DNA from: Phycisphaerales bacterium
GTDB taxonomy: Bacteria; Planctomycetota; Phycisphaerae; Phycisphaerales; UBA1924
Length of the DNA stretch: 64,000 nt
Assembly (NCBI GenBank): GCA_020845755.1
Contig: JADLFE010000014.1
Span: forward strand, 4,181 to 68,180
Reading direction: 5' to 3'
The notes beneath the pieces are model-generated. The model saw only the letters and a list, made by a program, of their open reading frames with translations, was not told where the DNA came from and did not search any database. Below are positions 19,800-28,225 of this stretch, piece by piece (position 1 is the first letter of the stretch; every line of letters starts with the position of its first letter). A program made the translations under genes and the position numbers.

Positions 19800-20939
19800 A
19801 TGTTTCGACGGATCGCGTTCTTGTCCGCGGCGTTGATCGTTTCCGCCGGCGCCGCCACCACGCTGGCGCAGGATTCCAAACCGGGTCCCGCGAACAAAGA
19901 AGCCGCCCAGCCCAAGGCCGAGATCAAGAAGATCGGGATCGGCGACAAGGCGCCCGACCTCAAGATCAGCACGTGGGTGAAGGGCGAGCCAGTCACGGAA
20001 TTCCGGCGCGACCAGGTGTATGTGGTTGAGTTCTGGGCGACGTGGTGCGGGCCGTGCATCGCGGGCATGCCGCACGTTTCAGAGGTTCAGAAGGAATACG
20101 CGGAGAAGAACGTCCGCGTGATCGGGGTGAACATCTGGGACGATCCGAAGAATGTCGAGCCCTTCATGAAGGACAAGGGCGGCAACGACAAGATGAAGTA
20201 CACCGTCGCGATCGAAGAGAAATACGAGGGTGACAAGAACGTCCGCCAGGGCAAGATGTCGAATGAGTGGATGAAGGCGGCCGGACAGAACGGGATCCCG
20301 TCGGCGTTCATCGTCGATAAAACCGGGACGATCGCGTGGATCGGGCACCCGATGAGCATGGACGAGCCGCTCAAGGAGATCGTGGCGGGGACCTGGGACG
20401 CCAAGGGCGCCGCGGAAAAGGCGAAGAAGCAGGCCGAGAATGAGGGCAAACTCCAGAAACTCTACGGCGAGATCAACGCCGCTGCCGACGCCAAGGATGT
20501 GGCGAAACTCAAGAAACTTCTGGGCGAGATGAAGGAACTGTCGGGCATGTCGGACGACGACATGGCTGGGACTTCGTTCTCCTTCTACATGAAGGCCGGC
20601 GCGACCGACGAGGCTTATGCGGCCGCCAAGGCGGCGATCGCGGGCAAGGGCAAGAAGAACTCGATGCTGATGAACACGATCGCGTGGACGATCGTGGACC
20701 CCGAGAACCCGGTCGCCAAGCCGGACTACGACGTCGCACTCTCCGCTGCCGAGGCGGCGTGCGAAGCATCGGGCGGCAAGGACGCCGCGATCCTCGATAC
20801 CTACGCAACCTGCCTCTTCAAGAAGGGACAGATCGACAAGGCGATCGAGATTCAGACCAAGGCGGTCGGTCTGGCGGCAGACCAGATGAAGGGCGAACTC
20901 CAGGCTCGCCTCGATGAGTTCAAGAAGGCCAAGAAGTAA
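19800..20939 (+). CDS. Secreted TlpA-like thioredoxin-fold oxidoreductase with C-terminal TPR-like domain (paralog 1, WCGPC)
   Basis: Signal peptide MFRRIAFLSAALIVSAGAATTLAQ; VVEFWATWCGPCIAG; cis-Pro loop IPSAFIVDKTGTIAWIGHP. About 200 aa of helical tail end in DTYATCLFKKGQIDKAIEIQTKAV. Confidence 0.8.
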   Translation: MFRRIAFLSAALIVSAGAATTLAQDSKPGPANKEAAQPKAEIKKIGIGDKAPDLKISTWVKGEPVTEFRRDQVYVVEFWATWCGPCIAGMPHVSEVQKEYAEKNVRVIGVNIWDDPKNVEPFMKDKGGNDKMKYTVAIEEKYEGDKNVRQGKMSNEWMKAAGQNGIPSAFIVDKTGTIAWIGHPMSMDEPLKEIVAGTWDAKGAAEKAKKQAENEGKLQKLYGEINAAADAKDVAKLKKLLGEMKELSGMSDDDMAGTSFSFYMKAGATDEAYAAAKAAIAGKGKKNSMLMNTIAWTIVDPENPVAKPDYDVALSAAEAACEASGGKDAAILDTYATCLFKKGQIDKAIEIQTKAVGLAADQMKGELQARLDEFKKAKK

Positions 20940-20955
20940 ATCGCGAGATCAACGC

Positions 20956-20979
20956 GCGGGCGATCGAAAGGTCGCCCGC
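20956..20979 (+). terminator. Intergenic hairpin between TlpA-like paralogs 1 and 2
   Basis: GCGGGCGA-8nt-TCGCCCGC with an 8-bp stem, 17 nt after the stop. There is no U-tract, so it could be a stabiliser or partial terminator rather than a classic intrinsic terminator. Confidence 0.35.
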
Positions 20980-20987
20980 CCGCTTGC

Positions 20988-22229
20988 ATGAATCCGACGC
21001 GCATTGCACATGTTGGCGCAGCCATGGCGTTGTTGGCGTGCGTCGCCAGCGCCCGGGCGCAGACTCGCAGATACTCCGAGGGCCTGCCGCCTTCCCGCAT
21101 GCTGATGGCGGACCGGCCGGCCGACGCCAGCGAGCGTCCCTGGCTCGAGGCCCGCTACGCGCCTCGCCTGATCCCCGGATCTCAGGCGCCGACGCTCCCG
21201 CCGCTCACGCCGATCCGCGGAGACCAGATAAGCGCGATCCCCCAGGGTGTCATCACGCTGGTCGAGTTCTGGGTGTCGTGGTGTCCCAACTGCCGCGACC
21301 GCGCGTATGAGGTGGGCGATCTGGAACGCAAATACGCAGGCAAAGTACGGGAAATCGTGATCGTTTCCCCCGATCGATTCGGGAGCAGCGAGAGCGGTGC
21401 TCGCGTCCTGGCGGGGCTGGCGTCGTCGGAGGACACGCTCGGCTCTCTCCAGTGGGATGCCAGCGCCCAGGCACGCCCCCTCTGGCTGTCTCCCGCTCGA
21501 CGCTCCACTGTTCCGAGCGCCTTCCTGGTCACCGCGGACGGCGTGATCGCATGGATCGGGCACCCATCGGACGCGGGTGGCATCGCCGACAGGCTTGTCG
21601 GGGGCACGTTCGACATCAGCGAAGAGACCATGAACTACGCGATCAGATTTCGCGATCCCGCCTGGCGCGACGATGCCAGCCAGCGGTACGACGCCGCGTT
21701 CCGCGCTCGCGATTGGAACGCGATGCTACTCGCACTGGACGACCTTGACCTGTACCAGCCCGCCAGCGCCGGCAACCTCGCGTCGGGTTCCATCCCGCGT
21801 CTCCTGGTCGATGCGCGTGCCCGGGCGCTGGAGTTGGCCCTGCTGGCCGAGAAGGCCATGTGGGACCAGGACCCCGCACTCCTCAACAGCCTCTCGTGGA
21901 ATCTTCTGAGTTTCCCGAACGAGCCGATCGCCGACGAGGTGGTGGCGGCACGCCGGATGGCGGAGCGTGCCAGCGAACGGACCACCCACGCCGACGCGGA
22001 AATCGAAGACACCTTGGCCCTTGCCCTCTATCGCGACGGTGAGCGTGATGATGCGATCAAGACGCAGGAGCGTGCGATCCGTCTGCTCGATCAGGCGCCG
22101 AACTCGAACACCCAGACTCGACGCGAGTTCGTAAATCGTCTCGTCCTCTACAAGGAAAACGCAACAATCGACGCACGCCAGCGCAAACGCGGGCGAGACA
22201 GCGGCGAGACACCGCGCGCGCAGCCGTAG
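20988..22229 (+). CDS. Secreted TlpA-like thioredoxin-fold protein with TPR-like domain (paralog 2, WCPNC)
   Basis: Signal peptide MNPTRIAHVGAAMALLACVASARAQ; LVEFWVSWCPNCRD; VPSAFLVTADGVIAWIGHP. The tail LNSLSWNLLSF...DTLALALYRDGERDDAIKTQERAI is collinear with paralog 1. Confidence 0.75.
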   Translation: MNPTRIAHVGAAMALLACVASARAQTRRYSEGLPPSRMLMADRPADASERPWLEARYAPRLIPGSQAPTLPPLTPIRGDQISAIPQGVITLVEFWVSWCPNCRDRAYEVGDLERKYAGKVREIVIVSPDRFGSSESGARVLAGLASSEDTLGSLQWDASAQARPLWLSPARRSTVPSAFLVTADGVIAWIGHPSDAGGIADRLVGGTFDISEETMNYAIRFRDPAWRDDASQRYDAAFRARDWNAMLLALDDLDLYQPASAGNLASGSIPRLLVDARARALELALLAEKAMWDQDPALLNSLSWNLLSFPNEPIADEVVAARRMAERASERTTHADAEIEDTLALALYRDGERDDAIKTQERAIRLLDQAPNSNTQTRREFVNRLVLYKENATIDARQRKRGRDSGETPRAQP

Positions 22230-22258
22230 ACGCACCCGAGCGGCGCCCCCCTCGAAAT

Positions 22259-22891
22259 CTAGCGTGAACGCGGCGCGCCGGACGCACGCTCGATCAATTC
22301 GCCGATCCGTGCCTGGCGGTACGCCTCGTCGGTCATGATCGAGACGGGCACGGGGCGTTCGATCACGTCGCGCTGCGTCACACGATCCGCCGAACGCGAC
22401 GTGCGCTCGCCAGGGAGGTCGGCGGGCTGGGCGTTGCCGGGCACGGCCCGCACGGCGCGGTCGACATAGGTCGGTCCACGACGGATCGAGGGCGGCGGCG
22501 AGGAGAAGATGTCGTCGGGCAGCCCGCCGATATAGAACACCGTGCCGGCGGGGATCTCGGGGACCACGCCGTCGCGCGTGGGGGTGTATTGCGAGCGTGG
22601 GAAGACCGCGGTGAGCGCCCCGGACGATCGCGCGTAGCGCTGATTGAGCATCGAGCGGCCCGGCTCCACCACGCGGTACACGCGGTCAAAGCCCAAGGGC
22701 AATCGCAGATCGAGCGGCTGCACATTCGAGGGCGCGGCGAGTGGATTCGCGTCGATCGTTCCTTGCTGAACCGGTTCGAGCGGGGGCTCGCGCAGTGGCG
22801 CCGGGCTCATGCCGATCGCCCCCATCGGAGCAACGAGCGTGATCGCGCCCGCGACGACACTCCGTGCACGCCCTGATCGGCACTTCCTCAT
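22259..22891 (-). CDS. Hypothetical secreted protein, translationally coupled to TonB-like gene
   Basis: 210 aa. ATG 22889-91 overlaps the TonB-like stop (ATGA). Signal-like N-terminus RSVVAGAITLVAPMGAIG. No family recognised. Confidence 0.55.
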   Translation of the reverse strand: MRKCRSGRARSVVAGAITLVAPMGAIGMSPAPLREPPLEPVQQGTIDANPLAAPSNVQPLDLRLPLGFDRVYRVVEPGRSMLNQRYARSSGALTAVFPRSQYTPTRDGVVPEIPAGTVFYIGGLPDDIFSSPPPSIRRGPTYVDRAVRAVPGNAQPADLPGERTSRSADRVTQRDVIERPVPVSIMTDEAYRQARIGELIERASGAPRSR

Positions 22892-24231
22892 ATCCCCGTC
22901 CTCAACGTGATGCGGAAGGTGACAGTGATCACTGCCTCCGGGTCGTTCTCGGGCAATTCTCTCACGCGTTCTCCCTCGGCCTTCCAGCGGTAGATCGCGT
23001 CAAGAAGAGGGCCGTCTACGTCGGGCCAGCCGGTGTCGTAACGATCGACGAAGTTCGCATCGACCACTTTGCCGGCACGGTTGAAGCGAACGCGGACGAC
23101 CGGATTCTTGGGGAGCGCGACGATGCGGGTGGTGGTGCTCCACTCCGGGCGAACGGTGTTGATCTTTAGCCCCTTGGTTGCGGCCGGTCGCCCGGGATCA
23201 ACATTGATCGCGCTGCGCACCGCGGCGGCGTCGGACTCGCGATCGGAGACCTCGCCGGGGCGACGGGCCGCACGTGGCTTGCTCGCGGGGCGCGGTGGGA
23301 TCTGCGGCGATGCCTGGTCGGGCTGCCGTCCGGCGACGTCGCGCGCCGCCTGTTCGTTCGCGGCCTCTTCTCGCTTGGCCAATTCTTCCGGCGACGGCGC
23401 CGGTGGGCCGACCAGTTCCGCGGGTGACGCGGGGAGTTCCTTGGCGTCGGGCTCGAATTGCAGTTCCCTGGGAACGTCGGGAGCGGATTCCGGCTTGGCG
23501 TCGGGCTTGGCCTCTGGTGATTGCTCGGCCTTGGCGTCTGGGGCTGGAGTCGGGACTGAGATTTCGGTGGTTGGCGCGTCTGGGGTCTTCTGCTCCGGGG
23601 CTGGGACGGGCAGAACGCGGTCCCCAGGCTCGACATCCTCCGTTTGCAGTTCCTTTGGTTCAGGCGCAGGTTTTGCCGAATCCGCCGGCTCGAGCGACGC
23701 GGGATGGAGCGCCTCCGGAGTCGGCTCATGCTGCGTGACGGGTGTGTCTGGTTCGGCTGCCTCCGTGGGCATCGAAGACGCCTCCACAGGCTCGGGCTGG
23801 GCCTGCGGCAATGCAGGATCTGGAATCGGCTGTTTCTCAACCGGTGTCGGAGCCTGCGGGGTCGGCGGGCTGGGGGGCTGTTCATCGGAGGCCGGGCTGG
23901 GCGCGCTGGGGGATTCCTTGACCATCTGCGCCTGGTCGCGGCTGGATGTCGGGCCGGAATGGGGCGTAGGGTCCTTGAAGCCAAGCCACGTATCGCCCTC
24001 GGCCTTGCCGTCGTCGATGCCCAATTTCAGTGGGTTGGGCAGGGGAGGGTCGGTTCGGATCTGGGAGTCCGGGACGGGCGGGATTGGGATGAGGAGCGGA
24101 GATTCGTCCGGTACGCTCTCGGGCGCCGGTGTGAGCCACCGATCGCCGTAGCGGAGCAGAGTGGCGGCGAACCCGGCGTGAAGCGCCAGGCTCACGACGA
24201 CACCGATGGACGTGGAACTCCGGATGGCCAT
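22888..24231 (-). CDS. TonB-family protein (TM anchor, long Pro/Glu-rich spacer, TonB C-terminal domain)
   Basis: 447 aa. N-terminal anchor IGVVVSLALHAGFAATLL, about 250 aa of P/E/A/K-rich spacer, and C-terminal VVRVRFNRAGKVVDANFVDRYDTGWPDVDGPLLDAIYRWKAEG...VTFRITL, which fits the TonB_C pattern. Confidence 0.7.
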   Translation of the reverse strand: MAIRSSTSIGVVVSLALHAGFAATLLRYGDRWLTPAPESVPDESPLLIPIPPVPDSQIRTDPPLPNPLKLGIDDGKAEGDTWLGFKDPTPHSGPTSSRDQAQMVKESPSAPSPASDEQPPSPPTPQAPTPVEKQPIPDPALPQAQPEPVEASSMPTEAAEPDTPVTQHEPTPEALHPASLEPADSAKPAPEPKELQTEDVEPGDRVLPVPAPEQKTPDAPTTEISVPTPAPDAKAEQSPEAKPDAKPESAPDVPRELQFEPDAKELPASPAELVGPPAPSPEELAKREEAANEQAARDVAGRQPDQASPQIPPRPASKPRAARRPGEVSDRESDAAAVRSAINVDPGRPAATKGLKINTVRPEWSTTTRIVALPKNPVVRVRFNRAGKVVDANFVDRYDTGWPDVDGPLLDAIYRWKAEGERVRELPENDPEAVITVTFRITLRTGI

Positions 24232-24297
24232 GATTCAGAGGTAAATGCCCGGCGGGTGTGCTACTCGCCAGACAAGTTTAGCGCCCGAGGAGCCTCG

Positions 24298-25443
24298 ATG
24301 CACCGGCAAACCGGACCACGATGGGCGACGCTGTTAACGTTGGTGGCGAGCGTGGCCACGTGGACGCCAGCAACACGTGCGCAGGTCGATCGCGATGTTC
24401 GCCCCGCGGCCGAGTCGACACTGCACGCCGGCGACGAAGCGCCACCACTGGAGATCGAGAAATGGCTCGGCGGTGAGGGCGGGGATGCTCTGCCCAAGGA
24501 CCGCGTCGGCATCGTCGTCTTTGTCGCATCGTGGTCGGAGGCCAGCGAGCGTGCTTTGACGTGGCTGGCGGGACGTTCTCGCGTGTACGCCAAGGACGAT
24601 ATCGGCGTGGTCGCGGTCTTCGGACAGGATGCGGCGGGCGCGGGATTCTTCGGGAAGCCCGAGACCGAACTGACGGCCAGCGCATTCATCCAACGCCACG
24701 CGATCGGAAGCATCCGATGCGCGTTTGATCAGCGTTGGCGCTCACGCTCGGCATGGCTCTCGGCGGCGGGAATGAAGACGCTCCCGGCCGCGTTCATCGT
24801 CGACACGCATGGCAAGATCGCATGGCTGGGAAACCCGCTCTGGCCCCCCGGCGAGATGGAGGACGCTCTCGCGCAGATCAAAGCGGGCGTGTTCGGGGTC
24901 GTAGAGCGGCGTGCACTGCGAACGAAGTGGGAAGGCGTGCTCCGCGAGTTGAAGGGTCTGGACAACACGCTGACCGCGGCGAGGAACACCGGGCGGCACG
25001 ACATCGCCGTCGCGACGCTGGAGCGGCTTGAGAAACTTGACGCTCTCTCGCGCGGCTACTACAAGGTCGCGCGTTTCGAGATCGTGTACCTCGAGAACCT
25101 CGACAGCGAGGCGGCGTTCACGATCGCTCGCGGGGCCCTGGAAACGGACGGCGACAACGCCCAGATGCTCAACGACATCTCGTGGACAATTCTCACGGGC
25201 GAGGGCGCGAAGGTCCGCGATCTGCCGCTGTCGCAGAAACTGGCGGAGCGTGCCGTCGAGGCCTCGGAGGGGAAGAACCCCCACTACCTCGACACGCTGG
25301 CCCGGGCGCACGCGGATCAGGGGCACCTGGACGAGGCGATCAAGCAGCAGAAGAAGGCCGTGGACCTGGCCGGCGATGCGAGCGAACGGGAAGATCTGCT
25401 CTCGACGCTGCAGGAGTATCTGCGGAAGCGGGAAGGCCGCTAG
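24298..25443 (+). CDS. Secreted TlpA-like thioredoxin-fold protein with TPR-like domain (paralog 3, CXXC lost: WSEAS)
   Basis: Track ORF 23644..25443(+). Its first 218 codons are antisense to the TonB-like gene. Start moved to ATG 24298, preceded by GAGGAG. Signal peptide RWATLLTLVASVATWTPATRAQ. VVFVASWSEASERAL aligns with the WCGPC/WCPNC of the paralogs. Also LPAAFIVDTHGKIAWLGNP and the tail LNDISWTIL...DTLARAHADQGHLDEAIKQQKKAV. Confidence 0.72.
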   Translation: MHRQTGPRWATLLTLVASVATWTPATRAQVDRDVRPAAESTLHAGDEAPPLEIEKWLGGEGGDALPKDRVGIVVFVASWSEASERALTWLAGRSRVYAKDDIGVVAVFGQDAAGAGFFGKPETELTASAFIQRHAIGSIRCAFDQRWRSRSAWLSAAGMKTLPAAFIVDTHGKIAWLGNPLWPPGEMEDALAQIKAGVFGVVERRALRTKWEGVLRELKGLDNTLTAARNTGRHDIAVATLERLEKLDALSRGYYKVARFEIVYLENLDSEAAFTIARGALETDGDNAQMLNDISWTILTGEGAKVRDLPLSQKLAERAVEASEGKNPHYLDTLARAHADQGHLDEAIKQQKKAVDLAGDASEREDLLSTLQEYLRKREGR

Positions 25444-26663
25444 CGCCGCTCTCGCATGTATTCTCGGCCACCCCAGATGATGGGTCTGTTCTTTTCAAGG
25501 TCCTCGGCGGCCTCGATCAGGATGCCTCCGACGATCCACGATCCGATGGGGTATCCGGGCACGGTCCAGAGCGGTGAATGTCCGAGGCGATAAATGAGAG
25601 AGACGGCGAATGTGTAGACGAGGAGTGCGGCCGAGCCGAGCACGAGCGCGGGCGCCCGCATGGACGCCCACTGATGGGGCCAGGCCGTCGCCGCGATCAG
25701 GGTGAGCGCCGAGGCACCGATGGGCAGGAGCGTAGAAATCACGCGGCATCGCCAGCCCCATTGGCGGAGTCGTTCGGGGCGGCGATTGGCGGACTCGGTA
25801 TAGATTCGTTTCCACCCACGGCGGAAGGCTGGATACGCGGGGTACATCGAGCAGTGGAGCACCGTGTCGGCGAGGAAGACGCCCGCGGGGATGTTGTGAC
25901 CGGCCGCGAGGCGCGCGATGGCGAGGTCCTCGAGCAATTCGTTGCGGACGGCCTGGTGCCCGCCGATCATGTCGTAGGCGGCGCGGCGCATCATGATGAA
26001 CTGTCCGTTGGCGAACGGTCGACGGCCGGTGGTCTTTGCGGCGCGCATCAGCGGGAACTGCTTCATCAACTCGACGCCGGCGGCGGGCTGGAGGAGTTTC
26101 TCGAACCAGTGCGCGAAGGTGAGCGTGCTGACGAGGCTGAGGAGCCCGATCTCGCGGCTGTTCATGAGGCGCAACGTCGTGCCGACACAATCGGGCGCGA
26201 ATGTGGTGTCGGCATCGGCGAAGATCAGCACCTCGGCACGCCGGGCGTGATCGACCCGCGTCGCGGCGCTGTGGATCGCGTGGACCTTTCCGGCCCACTC
26301 CTCGGGGCACGAATCGATCTCGACGATCGTGAATCGCGGATCGTCCCTGATGAGCGAGCGGGCCTTGGCGGCGGTGTCATCCGTGCAGCGGTCGAGCGCC
26401 AGCACGAAGTGGACCGTTGGGTGATCCTGTGCGAGGAGCGACGCGACGAGTTTCTCGATGACAAGCGATTCGTTGTGGGCGGGGATAACGACGCACACCG
26501 ATTCGCTCGCCGGAACACTGGAGCGGAGCGAGCGGGCAGCGCGGGCGGTGGGAACCGAGAACATGGTGCGAACGATGCGAACGACGGCGACGAGCCAGAA
26601 GATGAGCAAGGCCGCGGCGAGACCGGCAAGGAAGACGATGGAGATGTGCCAGAGGTGGGTCAT
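25440..26663 (-). CDS. Glycosyltransferase family 2 (membrane-embedded)
   Basis: 407 aa. N-terminal TM helix, VCVVIPAHNES, FADADT, FANGQFIMMRR, RRGWKRIY, and C-terminal TM helices. Confidence 0.8.
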   Translation of the reverse strand: MTHLWHISIVFLAGLAAALLIFWLVAVVRIVRTMFSVPTARAARSLRSSVPASESVCVVIPAHNESLVIEKLVASLLAQDHPTVHFVLALDRCTDDTAAKARSLIRDDPRFTIVEIDSCPEEWAGKVHAIHSAATRVDHARRAEVLIFADADTTFAPDCVGTTLRLMNSREIGLLSLVSTLTFAHWFEKLLQPAAGVELMKQFPLMRAAKTTGRRPFANGQFIMMRRAAYDMIGGHQAVRNELLEDLAIARLAAGHNIPAGVFLADTVLHCSMYPAYPAFRRGWKRIYTESANRRPERLRQWGWRCRVISTLLPIGASALTLIAATAWPHQWASMRAPALVLGSAALLVYTFAVSLIYRLGHSPLWTVPGYPIGSWIVGGILIEAAEDLEKNRPIIWGGREYMRERR

Positions 26664-26775
26664 TCAGATCGGGAGGCGACCAAGCGGGCATCGACGATAG
26701 GCCGGTGGTTGGTGGTTCGTTCGCGGGGCGTGGCAGAGCGCGGCGGCGCGTGGCACGGGCGGGTAGACTCGCGGC

Positions 26776-27609
26776 ATGAGTGGAGATCGCAGGGGACATC
26801 GAGACGGGCCGCGCGAGCCGGGGCGTACGTCAGGACGGAGGCCGGCGTCGGGACCCGTCGGCGGGGCGGTATACCTGGTGACCCGAGAGGCGTGCCGATC
26901 GATCGATCGACTGGCGGTCATTGACTTTGCCGTGCCGTCGATGGTGCTGATGGAGAACGCGGCGCGTCACGCGTCGGACATCGCGTTGGAGATGGTCGAG
27001 AGCATCGACGTACCGCGCATCGTGATCGCGTGCGGCCCGGGCAACAACGGCGGCGATGGGCTGGCGATGGCTCGCCATCTTTCAAACGCGCGCTGCGAGG
27101 TCCTGTGCGTGCTGACGCATCCCGCCGTCGAGTTCCGCGGCGACGGGGCGCTGCAACTCGACATCGTGCGACGGATGAAGATCGAATGCACGAACGATCT
27201 GCAGCAGATCGCCGGGCAGGGCGCGGACCTGGTGGTCGATGCGGTGCTCGGCACGGGGCTCGATCGGGAGATCGGCGGCACGGCGCTGGGCGCGGTTGTG
27301 GAGATCAACCTCGCCCGTGAGCGCGGCTCACGGGTGCTGGCGGTCGACGTGCCGACTGGGCTGGATTGCGATCGCGGGGTCGCGCTGGGGGCCGCGGTGC
27401 GTGCGAATGTCACGGTTTCGTTCGTGGGGATCAAGGCCGGCTTTGCGGAGCTTTCGGCCCAGCAGTTTGTGGGCGACGTGGTGGTCGCGGATATCGGCGC
27501 ACCGCGTGAACTCGTCGAGCGGTTCGGAAAACCGATCACGCGGCCGACGGGCAACGACGCGGAGGCCAGCCGCCCCGCGCGATCCCCGAAACGCCGCGGG
27601 CAAGCGTGA
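26776..27609 (+). CDS. nnrE: NAD(P)H-hydrate epimerase (YjeF N-terminal domain only)
   Basis: 277 aa. Contains LMENAARH, IACGPGNNGGDGLAMARHL and DAVLGTGL. The first ~30 codons are R/G-rich, so a later start is possible. Confidence 0.85.
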   Translation: MSGDRRGHRDGPREPGRTSGRRPASGPVGGAVYLVTREACRSIDRLAVIDFAVPSMVLMENAARHASDIALEMVESIDVPRIVIACGPGNNGGDGLAMARHLSNARCEVLCVLTHPAVEFRGDGALQLDIVRRMKIECTNDLQQIAGQGADLVVDAVLGTGLDREIGGTALGAVVEINLARERGSRVLAVDVPTGLDCDRGVALGAAVRANVTVSFVGIKAGFAELSAQQFVGDVVVADIGAPRELVERFGKPITRPTGNDAEASRPARSPKRRGQA

Positions 27610-27735
27610 GATTTCGGACCGAATTCGAGCAATGCGCGTGCTTAGCGGCAAGCGTGTTTGACACGAGGGGTCGGGGGGCGCACGATCACGCGGGAGAATG
27701 TCGGTACGTCGCCGCCCTCCCCGCAGGAGATTGCG

Positions 27736-28215
27736 ATGGCCGTCCGGATGGAGCTCTCCAGAATCCTGATCCGCGAGTTGAATGATTACCAGATCATTGA
27801 ACTGCGCGAGATGGCCGCGGACACCGACGCGCCGGGCGCGGTGGGCGGGGCGGTCGAGTACGTGTCCGAAAGCGACGCGGAGGAGTCCGGAGTACGCTCG
27901 TTCCCGATCGTGATCGGGCTGCCCGAGGCCCAGGCGATCGAGCGGCGGCTCAAGGGCATCCCGATCAAGCGGCCGCAGACGCATGATCTGCTGGCGAACG
28001 TTGTCACGGCCCTTGGCGGCGAGTTGGCGTCGATCACGATCACCGACCTGTCGGATCAGACGTTCTTTGCAACGCTTGACGTGAAGGTGAAGGGCGGCGA
28101 GTTGATCCACATCGACGCCCGACCCAGCGACGCGATCGCGCTGGGGGTTGCTGGCGATGTGCCGATTTATGTCGAAGAGCACGTGCTCGAGGCGGCGCTC
28201 AAGGACCTGGAGTGA
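27736..28215 (+). CDS. Bifunctional nuclease family protein (BFN/DUF151)
   Basis: Start moved to ATG 27736 (MAVRMELSRILI). Contains FPIVIGLPEAQAIERRL, RPQTHDLL and IDARPSDAIALG. Confidence 0.75.
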   Translation: MAVRMELSRILIRELNDYQIIELREMAADTDAPGAVGGAVEYVSESDAEESGVRSFPIVIGLPEAQAIERRLKGIPIKRPQTHDLLANVVTALGGELASITITDLSDQTFFATLDVKVKGGELIHIDARPSDAIALGVAGDVPIYVEEHVLEAALKDLE

Positions 28216-28225
28216 CCGGGCGACC

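Noticed and set aside
23069-24151. 360-aa plus-strand S/G-rich ORF and 272-aa minus-strand alternative frame (23166..23984)
   Set aside because: These are shadows of the Pro/Glu-rich spacer of the TonB-like gene. Only frame 22888..24231(-) provides both the TM anchor and the TonB_C end.
25578-26924. 448-aa plus-strand ORF
   Set aside because: It is antisense to the GT2 gene. G/R/E/D-rich artefact.
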